Source: Balanoglossus misakiensis
Lineage: Eukaryota > Animalia > Hemichordata
Assembly: GCA_040954595.2 (NCBI GenBank)
Contig: CM082584.2
Coordinates: 11,312,552 to 11,376,551 of the forward strand
DNA length: 64,000 nt
Reading direction: 5' to 3'
Part shown: piece by piece, positions 1 through 11,975 of the stretch
Numbering within the stretch: position 1 is the first letter of the stretch
Layout: every line of letters starts with the position of its first letter
The notes under the pieces: model-generated
Told to the model about the DNA's origin: nothing
Databases searched by the model: none
What the model saw: the letters and a program-made list of their open reading frames with translations, nothing else
Made by a program: the position numbers and the translations under genes

Positions 1-49
1 AGCAGAATATAGGAAGCTAGTCTCCCTCGACCAAGAACCAACACCACTG

Positions 50-140
50 TACCCCTCCCACCACCAAACTTTCCATCATCCCATTGTTTCCAGTGGTGTG
101 TTAGACCAGTTTACTGAGCAAGAGGGGTGAAAGGGGTTAA
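50..140 (+). mobile_element. ~90-bp TTAA-MITE family copy (degenerate)
   Basis: ...CCCATTGTTTCC...GGGGTGAAAGGGGTTAA, matching the copies at 7242 and 31177. Confidence 0.45.
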
Positions 141-3100
141 AAGGATTTGGTGGTGTCGTCATCCTATTCATTTATTGTGCACCCCTTTTAAAATTAATTC
201 GGTCTGTTGCAAACTTATGGTCTTGTCAGCTAATAGCCCAGGGAGATCGGAGATAATCTTTTGTATGCATCCGAAGTTTGCAATTGTACCAGTCTGTGTT
301 TCCTCCGTGTAATCCAGGACTAAGTGATTTGGCTAGTGGCGAAAGCAATAAGTCTGAGGATTTCTCTTTCTTTGGAAACTGTTTCCGAGGGTATTATTAA
401 AACTGTTTCTTTGACTTTTCAGTTGTTGTGCATGGTGTGTGTCTGGCTAATGACCCCTGCAGAATCGTCTCAAGCTCAGCGCTCTGTTTGAGTGGAAAAA
501 CCCCCACAGTAATATCCGAGTTACATCACACTTTTTTTCTCTGCCCACAAAGGCTTGGTGATAAGGCTTTTCTTAATTTCCAAGCTAATGCCATCTCAGG
601 GGGGAGAGGAGGGAGAGCTGTCACAATGAAACAGGCGATGCGTGGCTTTCTGTTGGTATCGCTAATACAACTGGTGGCTATAATACGCTCGGCTAATACT
701 GGCTTAATTTGTTGGGTTTCTTTTTGATGGTGCTGGGTATTAGTGTCATGGGATCTGTGGGTATTCTCTGGATTTGGTGCGTGTGCATGCGATTGGTATA
801 GCTGCTGGTCACCGCATGTACGTCACAGTAACCTGGTTGGTGTTTGAAAGCTGCATGCAGTAGCTGTGCCATGGCCACAAGAACCATTTCTATAAGATCG
901 AGTTCAGTCTAATGTTTCACATCTAACTTTCTCAGTGGAAGGTGTCGCTTGGTTGTATAATCACGTCGTCAGTGTTGATAAACCTGCCTGCAGCTTTTGA
1001 GCTAACAACGTGCAGCTTGTCTCGACCCTGGCCCAAATTCGACTTTGTTTTGCAAGAGTACCCACAGTGTTGCTGTCCATTGGGCACGCTGTCTTTGAGC
1101 CTGCTGTCTTTCAGTGCGTCTTGAAAACAAAGTTAGTTCTGTGGTACGCATTTGAAAATAAACCAACTTTCGTGAAAATAAACTGTCGTCTGCCAAGTAG
1201 GGTACAAGACGCTGTGAGGGGAGAATGTTAGGAGATATAAGAACTCTGTGGTGGTGCAAATAGACTCAGTAGAATCACCGTCACACTCCTCTGTGAAATT
1301 ATTATCATTTTGCTAAATCTGACAGTGGTCTCAGCATTGTAGGGCTTCAAAAGATAACCAAGTTGGAGGTTTTTCTCAACTCTTGGAGCTGTTGCTACAA
1401 TATCATATGAAATGTCAATGACACAGTGAAGTAATCTCTGGTGAACTTTTTTAAGTTTTCATTATGCAATGGTTTGTTTAAATTGTGGACTGTTCAGAGA
1501 TACCATCACACATCTCAACAGTCCCGTCCCTTTCAGTTTGACCGACCAACCGATTGACAAGCGATCACAGATCGTATATGATAGAGCACAATGTCTGGTC
1601 CTCTGATACAGTTATGTCAGAAAGTTTAAGTCAACAGCCCAGTGGCAAGGCTACAAGCAAACAATTGCCACCTGCAAAAATACGAGGAAAACAGATCAAA
1701 ATGCTGTTCCTCATGTAACTTGTATATCTGTTTGTCAGTGGAAATATCTGGTCAATAAGTGTGGAAATACGGAGCTGAATACCAAAAGTTTGAATGTGCC
1801 CAATGTGACTTTTGAAAGAAAAAGAAAAATTAAAGAAGATAGCAACATTGTCGTTGAATGAGTGAAACACACTTCAAAAACTGACATACATGTACATTTG
1901 TACGCACATCCTGTTTGCTGTTTGTGTGCCCGGTCGCACATCACAGCAATAACCATTGGGATATATGGCTATTGTGTTGAAATTTCCATTTGATAAACAT
2001 CTCATCCGCTGGTGCTGCGAGCCACGCTGGGGTTAATTGGCCATCGCGGCCATTCAACTGAATCATCCAGGTCCTATATGTGTGATTATCTGTGAAACCC
2101 CTGAAAATTAGTGTCAAAAGTCACGATTGGCCAGTGTACACAGGGTCTGGCTTCAATTGTGTGCCCGTCTTTGTCTCCATCCGCGTTGTTTGTCTCGTGC
2201 GATCAAAGTTCAGGGTTCCAACCTGCAGTCCTGTTGCCTGTTGCAAGCGATTTTTCCCCCTACATGCTTACAGCTGCTGAGATGGAGAATGACATAACCC
2301 CAAAATAGTTTGGACGTAACTTTTCGTGAACCATGCATGGAGTGTTGTAGAGATCTAGGCAGAGTGATCTCAGGGAGGGGAAGTTTATCATTATGTGATT
2401 GAAAGTTAAAGTTGGGTTAGCACAGCAGGAAAAAAGAATCCTTCGGTGGACGTACAGAAGCCTGGCAATTTTTCTCCTGAATTTAGAGCCGTTTGTACCT
2501 GACGCAGGTCATGATGCGACAGTTCCATTGGGAAATTTACAAACCAACCATTGATGGATGTGTTTTTGATAATCACTACTGGCATGATGTTTCTTTGAAA
2601 GACAATCAGATTCCAATTCCACCACAGGGAAGTTCGGCAGAAGCTGTCGAAAAGTGCACCAACAGGCTAAGCCCTGCCTGTCAAAATGTTGTCTTTTCAG
2701 ACTACTTTATGGCGGCCATAAATAAGCAACATGGGGGGTTGCTTGTAGGTTTAATCTGGTGTCTTGTGCACACAGATGGGGACAGTCAGAGGGCAAGTAA
2801 GGTCAACCATAACTTACTCCTCAGCTAATATCCACCGCTTTTACTATCCTCCTTGTGCAGTTTTACTTCCACTTCTGAACGAGCTAATAGTTAAGGCTCC
2901 AAACGAGCTAAATGGACTGCGGCTTATTCTAAATATTACCCCCTGCCACTCGCACACAGGGAACTTTGTTTAGCAGCAGGATGACACAGTACAAACTAAC
3001 ACATCCAGTACTTAGTAATCCTGTCTGGTTTTCTGATACCGATTTCCTCTCTTTAACACATTGTTTGCACTGAAGAATTTTTCCCAGGCCCTCCCCAGTC

Positions 3101-6100
3101 TGGAAAGGAATCTTGAATACCTCCTTTGGTCTGCCTGGAATGGCTGCAATTTCTTTTCTCTCTCTCTCTCTTTCTTATTTTGATGAAGTTCTGTCAGTTA
3201 TTGTTTTTCAAATACTGTAATCAGCTCTAGTGTTTCAGATGTGCAAGATTCAGGAAACTTTGACCAGTGCGGCAGGCGTATGATGTTTTCGATTGAACAC
3301 GGCAGAAATGCATCTGTGAAGTTCAACTGAACTGTCTCATGTTTAGTATTCTGTGGTGATCAGCTCTGTCACACGCTGTCGATCGGAAATTCGCCCGATG
3401 AAACCCCCAGCATTTGTATACTCTATCCACACAATAACTGTGCTGATAGTTTACCCTATCACTGCGTAGAGCTCAGCGTTTATCTCGATAGCCAGTCGTT
3501 TTGTATTTAAGGGTTCATTTCAAATATTTTGCCTGAAGGGTTGAATGTGTAACCCTACGTCTTATCAGGTGCTTGTTTACGTTCACTGCACTTCCGGACG
3601 ACAGTCGTCTCATTCTGCAGATTTTTGTCATCTTTTCTCGGTGTTTTCTTTAAGGAGGGGACTGGGACTTCACTCTGTTCTTAGAATGACTTGCAAGTAT
3701 GTGTTGCAAGACATTATGTGTTCCCATTCTCGGCATGCAGTTTCCTGGCTCAACGTGCTACATTCCATGATCAAAACAAAACAAACCAATAAAAACAAAA
3801 ACAACCAATGCAGGACTGCAGTGTAGTCGAGCTCTCACCTATACAGCTTAGAGAGTGTACCTTTCTGTAACCTTTGACCTCACTTTGCCAGCGAGCCCCT
3901 GGTCAAGGAGGGCTACATTTGTAAAGACTGCGTGTTATACGTTACTCTAGCTGATTAGTAAAACCTGAAACTCTGTTTGGAATTTCACAAAGATGAAACA
4001 AACTGCTCTATCTGGTGTCTTGTGTACACGAAGTGCAGGTCACTTAACATTTTATTTATTTCCTTCTGGCGGAAATTGTTTAGCTTACCGATTCAATTTG
4101 CACGGAACTCTTCACTGATCAGTTGAAGGTCAAGAACTGCAGTAATGTTCGTTTGTCAATCATTCGGCCAACCGCTGGTTTTCATTAAAACCATCCAGTG
4201 AGCCAGTCTGTAAATTGCAAAAGTGTTCCCCTTTCCCCACTTTTATTTTTGAAATACAGAAAATGCTATCTAATATGGACACCAGAGGAACTGAGAAAAT
4301 TGTTTAGTTTGCAGAAATATCAGGTTTATGGGCCTGTCACAAGATGTTTTAAGCTGTCATAGTTTCTAATGAGAAACAATGAAATTCTGACATTTTTATG
4401 CGCAAGCTCAAAAGCTTTTACGAGCATATTTTTCTACCATTTATCAATCATAACTATGTCATTGTGTGTTTTTTATTATCACAACTACAGGCAGAGCAAT
4501 TGAAATGGGCCATAAAACTCATGTGAACCCCAAGAAAACAGAAACATAAATTTTCAAGGGACACAGTATAAAATTTGTTTTTGTAACTAATTTCATGTCA
4601 GTTTAAGTCGCCCGTACAGAGGCCGAGCATTTTCACAAGTAAGAAGTACACCTAGAGGTCAGATTGTGCCCAGTGGGGTGGCCGGATTAATATGGGTTTA
4701 ATATGGTCAAAGATTTGAAGTGGTGAAAGTCTATAATCACGAATGCATGCAGCCCCTGTGGAGTTGCTATAGCGATGACCTGCTCTGACCCTAGTAATTG
4801 TCCGTGACCATCCCAGTGTACTAAGTAGATTGAAAATCCCTCTTAAAGCCCTGTTTGTGTTACACTTCCGGTGAAAGTTCTGTTTAGGGCAAATGTTTAT
4901 GTGTGTACTCAATGGGTATAGGCTTGTAATTCAGCATTTTAAAATAGTTGCTCCAATCGGTTATAGGATCCCGATCAACAAAATGGGTAAACATCTAACA
5001 TTCAGGATTTAATACAAGGCCTCATATTTGAGTGATGAGTGATGTTTGTACATGTCGTTGTTTAATATGTACGATGACTACCGTTGGGTACAATGTACAA
5101 AACATATAACTCGGTGAAACTACATTAAAGTCCATGAACCAAGATACACTACTTCCTCTATAGCTTTTCTTCACAATCGTTGCCCGAGTGAAATATTTGA
5201 AATGTGATTGAAATGCAGCTATAAAAAGTAAAAGAACATAAACACAGGAACCTAGACTGTGGCAGTACAACATGTTTTCATCATGTCAGTTTGTTTGATT
5301 GGAGGAAGTGTGGTTGGAAGTGATAGGTGTTGAACCTGCCATAGATCGCAACTGTGTGCGGTCATTACAATATATGGCAAACAGAGACTTTTATTTTTTT
5401 CCTGGCTCTTACATCAGTTAAATGAAAATCATTGATTCATCGCTAAACCAGGACAAATAAAGTCCTTGCCCGAAGCATTGTATAGTATGCAACAGAAGAA
5501 AATGTTTATCAGTTTGCTTATCATGGAACTGTCTTATTTTTTAAAATGCGATTGGTCAATGTCTACTTTTGCTCCGTTAGATAATGGCACCAACTTGAAG
5601 AAGCCACCCCAGACAGATTACGAAACTTTGTAGATGTTATCGGTCAACGCGAAGTGTTTGGTTATGCAACTGCAAAAGGCTATTTGAGACATCTACTGAT
5701 AGGAAACAATTAATGTGACAAATTGCTCTATTAGCCAATCAAATAAAGCTGTATTATAACTGATTGATAGACCAAATACTCTTATCTGATTATTGGCTAC
5801 CTGTTGTTGCAAACGGTCTGTACATGTCCAGAAAATGGAAATTTTAAAGTTTGTCTGAATGAATATCTGTTCACTATATGCCCCTTTTCAGTGTGTGATT
5901 ATATCCTAGTTTACTCCCTCGGTGGAGAAATATTAGGATTGATACGAACTAACTGTTGATAGGAAGCGTGAGACTACAGTTGTTGGACATTTTGTATTGA
6001 TTGGTTGGTTGGTTGGTATTAGGAAAAATTTGCATGTCTCCCCTTCTGCTTCTGATTGGTCGAGTCAACCTTTAATGATATGCATTCTCTGGTGATTGGT

Positions 6101-7241
6101 TTAATTCTGTATCCTACACATTTAATTTTGACTTTGTGAAGACCGCATCAATATCAACCTCTGAAATGGCATTTCTACCTTGCAGACCTAGTTTATGTCA
6201 CTGGCTGGCCTTCCCATAACACAGTTCACTGGACCTCAAAAGTAGTGTCGATTGTGTTCCCAAGAATATGTGAACAATCGCAGTGTATAGATTCTGAAAA
6301 AAAGACACCTGAATGTTTTTTTTTCCCTCTCCGGCGCATGTTGCTGCACGTTTCCGGGTCATTGAGGGGACAGAAAACTTTTATCAGTGGAAAAAAGAGA
6401 CCGTTAACAGATACCCTATGTTCAAATTATAGAGAGTGGAGCCTGTTGCTGATTTGTTCAGTCAGCAAATTGTATCTGTTGAGCGGTGTTTGTTTGTATC
6501 GGAACAATTTGAAACGTGCTGCATCAGATTGTGTGCCGTCTATAATACCCCAGGTTGTAGATAAAACCTTTGAAGTTTGACATGCTCCTCTGTCCAGTAA
6601 AAGCCTGTTTTGCCAGGGTTGTTCTATTTGTGCAGTATACACAGTTCAGACTTTCATGTAATTGTTCAGTTTGTGAACTTTGATCACAGGTAACAGGCTT
6701 TTAATGGTCAAAATAAAATAAGGAATTAATGAGGACTTATGAATTGAAAATATTAAAGGATGGTTAACAATCACAGGAAAGGATTGTTATTTTGTGACAG
6801 TGTTCATGCGAAATCACCCATACAATGATCTGTTTCAGATTGTTTCGAATCAAAATAAACTTGTTTTTTTTCTTCCAACACAATGACGATTTGCCTCAAT
6901 AATTCAATCTGCATTTTTTGCTCGTGAGGTATTGCATTCTTTGCTGCTCCCAAAAGTCAATTGTTTCAAACTCTTCAAAGATAGTTGTAAACAACCTGTG
7001 AAATCTCATTATCCTATCCACTGGTGAGATTTTTTTTGAAAACATAAACAGTACAATAAAAGATACAGTTTCAGGACGGAAACGTCTGGCTTCATTCCAA
7101 TCTTTCAGAATGCATGTTGGCATATCACGGAGAGCAGTTGTTATTCTGGTTTTACAGAATAAAACTTTAGGTCTTCCTGTGGCCGGCAGCTTAAACTGCG
7201 ATAGGTGTTTGAAGCAAAGAAACAAGACAACGTGACATGTA

Positions 7242-7317
7242 ATGGTTCAGTCCAAACCCATTGCTTTCTATGGTAAGGTTGGACTTCTATAGAGGGAACT
7301 GGGGGTGAAAGGGTTAA
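7242..7317 (+). mobile_element. ~90-bp TTAA-MITE family copy (left end missing)
   Basis: GTCCAAACCCATTGCTTTCTATGGTAAGGTTGGACTTCTATAGAGGGAACTGGGGGTGAAAGGGTTAA. Confidence 0.75.
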
Positions 7318-8593
7318 GCCAGATCTTCAAGAAATACCAGTGGGGTGTCTTCTGCAATGCCCTGCCTAGGAACAAGCAAGAAATAGTTGAATATAAGATT
7401 CCGAACAAGACTCAGCCACAGTAAAGACAGAATTGTTTGTCACTTAACAAAAATGTACAAACCCTGACCTTCACTAATCCAGGGAGGGGCCAAGCTCATG
7501 GTCAAAAGGGCACTACTAAAGACAGAAATCTTCTCCTGACAAAAATCGTCTGTTCTGATAAAAAGTTAGTCACAGTTGTGAGTCAGGGTTTCTGTCCTGT
7601 CGCTTGTAAATGTTTACTTTTCATTGACATCATTCATAATCACAAAAACGTCAGGGTACTGTACGATCGTTCTTTAACAGCCCATTGTTAGCAGAAACTT
7701 GTTCTAGAATATACACACATGTAGGTTGCCAGCAGTTCACAGCTATCTGTTACCTGCCACGTTTTGTAACCTTCACAGCCTATCTTCCGCGATAAAACCT
7801 GTTTTCGTCAAATGATTAATTGCCAGCATGTACAAGTACTGTATAAGAATGAGAAAAAAACTTGGCGACTCTGCAAGAACCTGTCAAAGTATGTTTCTGA
7901 CACTTGCTAAAATGTTTCTGCCACTTGCTTGGGGCTTAAAGCTAATTTCACACTCATGTTTGAGAGTGTGTATGTGCATGTGTGTACAATGCGTTTGACA
8001 TTCTGGTATGGCCGATTTTCTTTTTTCATATGGTATGAAAGGGCAATACGAAACCAAAATATGTCCATCACTTTGTCTTTGTTCGAATTCCATAAGGACT
8101 GATGGACAATACCCTGTTTGCAAACAATGAACTGTTTGAATTTACAATAGTCACCACTCGTAGCATGTCAGCATGCACACTCAGTTCGCAAGTTTACAAA
8201 TTGTGACCTTTTACTCAAAAATTATGTCAGTATTACCGGTTCAGCAACTGCAACGGTTCGTGCACACAGGCAGTTGCTGTTCTTGTATGTGAGATGGATT
8301 CTTAGTGACACGACAAAGTGACTCGATCTTTCACTGTTGTATTGAACCAGTGAGTCAAGCCTTTGTGTTTACTGGCCATACATGCCCTTGGCATTGTGCC
8401 CTCAAAGCCAGGTGTGACTCACCACCGACTCGACAAACTCATTGATGTAAAGATAGAAGGCTGATCCAAAGAGATTTCTAGAAATTCTCAAGTTGAGCTT
8501 TTTTGATCATGCTTGCCTCAGAGGGCACACTAGGTCACCTTGAGTCTACCACGTCACATGTCTGACTACAGCATCTTTAACCTGGCTCTTTCT

Positions 8594-8755
8594 CTTACGA
8601 AAAATGTTCTATAGAGCACCCACAGAGTTCTATAGAATCTTGTTTTCCTACGGGGTTCAATAGAAAATGGTGCCAAAACTCTCATTTAAACTTCTCAGAT
8701 GTTCTGTAAGCTATAGAACTTATATATATAGAATTCTATAGACTGTTTTCATAAG
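8594..8755. mobile_element. Putative MITE with imperfect TIRs and internal CTATAGA repeats
   Basis: Left CTTACGAAAAATGTTCTATAGA, right TCTATAGACTGTTTTCATAAG; the (T)CTATAGA(A) motif is repeated several times inside. Confidence 0.5.
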
Positions 8756-11700
8756 GGTAACCAGTTTCTAACAGAACAGAAACTTGTTGCCTTTATAACA
8801 GGACCAGCTTGGTTGCGTTGGACTTCAGCGAAGCTGTCTACGTGTCTCTATCAATGTCGCACGTTTCATCGTACAATTGATATCGATGACTGTTGTACTT
8901 GGCTGATATTGACAGAGATTTTGCGGTCAACATCTGGAAAGAGGGAGAGGTCAAATGCATAGCAGGACCACTTAGATACGCTTGTAGTAGTTGCTATGCG
9001 CCACATATGAGTTGATGTAAAAAAGAAACTTTTCATTCACAAATCAACAAAGCTGGTGTGTTTGTAACCTACTTCTTTCAGGGGGGAAGACAAGTCTTTT
9101 CGGCTAATAAATGTGACAGCAGTAAGTTATAAAGTAATTAGGGGACATTACAATGGATAAGCTATTAGAACCAGGTGTTTCCAGATTAATTGAGAAATCA
9201 ATAGATAGACAAATTTCTGTTTTAGTTTACATCCGCTGATAACGAGAGAAATCAGCGTCATTGCCAAAACACTCAGGTACAAAATACAATGGTCGGAGTA
9301 GTGACTAATTGTATTATTGCATGTGTGGAATCGGTCATCTTGTCAGGGAGGGGAAAACTCCCCTTGATTTATTTTCCAGCCGGATTGTGATAACTTTTTC
9401 GCCACCTGAAATTGATAAGCAATCTATTTAAATGGTCATCATGCCATGTCGGGCGAGATGGGCCTATTGTCTGTCTCCATGTTCACTAGGGCAGAAAACG
9501 GTGGAGTTCAGAATCCCAGATAAGATAAAGATAGCAGTTTTTTTATTTTTTGCCCAGATCACTTATTCTTTGGTAAAAGAAGGAATAAACAATTGTGATT
9601 GATTGCTGACTCACATGATATGTATAGAATTATGATATTAATGGTGAGAACAAGCAATCAATTGGTGTTTTTGTTTTCCTAGTTGCTTGCAAACAGTTCG
9701 GGTTTGGGTTATTTTCTTGTGATTTTTGCAACCAGTGCATTTTATTCAGCTGTATATCAGTGCATTGGTTGGACAGGCTCGTTTCTGTGAAGATAGCTTT
9801 CTGCGTGGTGAGTCATGGTTCTTTTGATTCGACACCAGAGGCAGATTGGCACCGATCAACGAGAGATTTCACACAACCAAGTGTTATCTGTGTTACACTC
9901 CCCTGTCCAGTGCGTGGGGGTTCAGGTGAACAACCCAGCTGACCGTAAATGGACCCAGGTTGACAGCTAACGAGTGACTCTTCTCGGCCAGAGCGTGATG
10001 ACTTCACCCCTCCAGTCAACGCTGCGGTCAAACACTTGTTGTCCCAATCACGCTACCTCAGCCCACATCCAGTGCTCTCTCTATAAATCAACCGGTCCGA
10101 AAATTAACACGCAACACTCACTCAGGGTTCCCTGTGACAGGGCGGTAAATTAGTCGGGCCATTGAAAAGTATCCAACCAAAAAGAATGGCAAACAAATTG
10201 ATCAAAGGCTGAATTGTCTTCTTTTGCTGTGATACAACTTTCTATAACTGGGCACCGACAAAAGTTTACATCAATCTCCCCTCGTGTAAAAGTTGATAAA
10301 CACGGGAGAAAACTATATTGTTACCCGGGGATAAAGCCACATTTGTAGCCACTGGTTGTAGTCACTTTATCGCCATCAATCTCAATTTCAGCCAATTCAT
10401 ACCACCTTTGATTCACTACAGGCTACTCAGCCAAGCATGTCACATAACTTCGACCCAAGCTTGTTTCCCCAACACGACATTTTTGGTGTACCAAACACCC
10501 CAGGTACCGGACAATACTTGAGAGTACGCGTTTCAACAGTCGATTTAATTTATCTAGAATGTATTTATCATGTCTTTATTGGGATAACGGATCTTGATGA
10601 CCCCCCGGCCTGACAAGTTGGTTTTTATCTTCAGTCTCCTTCCAAATCGTATCTCTGTGTGTGCCCATTCATCTACTGGAGATAGATCGAAATTTGGACA
10701 ACACAATGCTGAGTGCCACAGTTGTCGGGAATTAAAAGAATTGCAATAAAGCTGCGGAGCATTTCCATCGTCGACATTGTTGAAACCTGCCCCAAAAATG
10801 TTCACGTCTTTGTTGCCAGAGATTGTCGCCTACATCAGCGAGCGTCTTTGGTAATGTTTGTGTTGCCATGGCGACTTTGAATTATTGCTTATTCAACTCA
10901 AGTTGATGGAGTGAACATAATTGGTAAATATATAATTGACTGTATCTATGGCAACCGTGAAGGGGACATTTTTTTCTGAAATGACAGGATCCAGGTACCT
11001 GTTTTTGCCCTGATAAAAGTCAGAATGAAAAATCAACAATGAAAACAGTAAAATGAACAGATTCTGAACCTTCCCATGATAACACAAGTCCAGATAAAAC
11101 CATAAGGGGGGAAGGTCTCGCCATGTTGTTCAAGATTTTGTCTGCAGGATAAAATAGACTGGAATGGAGTCTTTAGAACTGCCTGCTGCGAATCCCATTC
11201 TCCAGACAAATTACACGACTCGATCGGCACAGGAACTACCCAATTTAGACCCAAAGTGTGCACCATTTTAATCCATGTGTGCTGTTTTATTCTTGTTCAC
11301 ATCATTGTTGACCCGAGATGACCTAACTCTGTGTCGATTTCCTCTGTAAGATTCACTGCCTAGTACAGACAGGAAATCCAATGTCTCGGGGGCAGACACT
11401 TTATTTCTCATTCAGGCTGCAATAAAACTAGTTCACATAAAGTGCATTGACCCCTTTCCCTCCATTTTTACAATGATGTAGCTCGTCAGAAGATCAGAAT
11501 CTGATTCACCACTGAAAAGATGATTTATCTTCCAGTGCCGGGCTGTCTCGAACTAAGACCGTAAAACACAACCATATTCCAGACAACACTGAAGGTCCTT
11601 TCCTGTGTGTGTGTGATATTAAGTGCAGGAAGCTGAGTAACGTTCACTAGGCAGGGATGTATCATGATGTGGCGATGGCTACAGGTCAATTCCTCTCTGA

Positions 11701-11975
11701 TAAATAAACCACTTTGTAACCGTTATATTGAACACATTTAATAAACATCAGAGTGCTACCAAACATCTGACTCTGAAAAAAAAATGATGGTGACCAGGGA
11801 TGTGAGGTTGCTTAGCAACCGATGCAGGCACTAAAGTTCATTGACCAATTAATCATTTGCCCCTCATTGCCTTCAGATTATCGTTTCGGTCGACCCCAAT
11901 TGCTTCGTTTGTGTGATTTGTTTTTGTCACATTGTACAAGTAAAATGTTCTCTTTTCTTTTCTTTCGATGTTTAG

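Larger units (their letters stand above)
1..11975 (+). other. Large intron of the ADAMTS6/10-like gene (upstream exons outside window)
   Basis: No convincing coding exon found. The region ends in a polypyrimidine tract plus AG (11974-11975) before a phase-1 exon that begins inside the prodomain. Small missed exons cannot be excluded. Confidence 0.7.

Noticed and set aside
127-11266. Many short ORFs (60-110 aa) in the ORF track
   Set aside because: No recognisable domains, many non-ATG starts and no splice-consistent chain; expected by chance in intron DNA.
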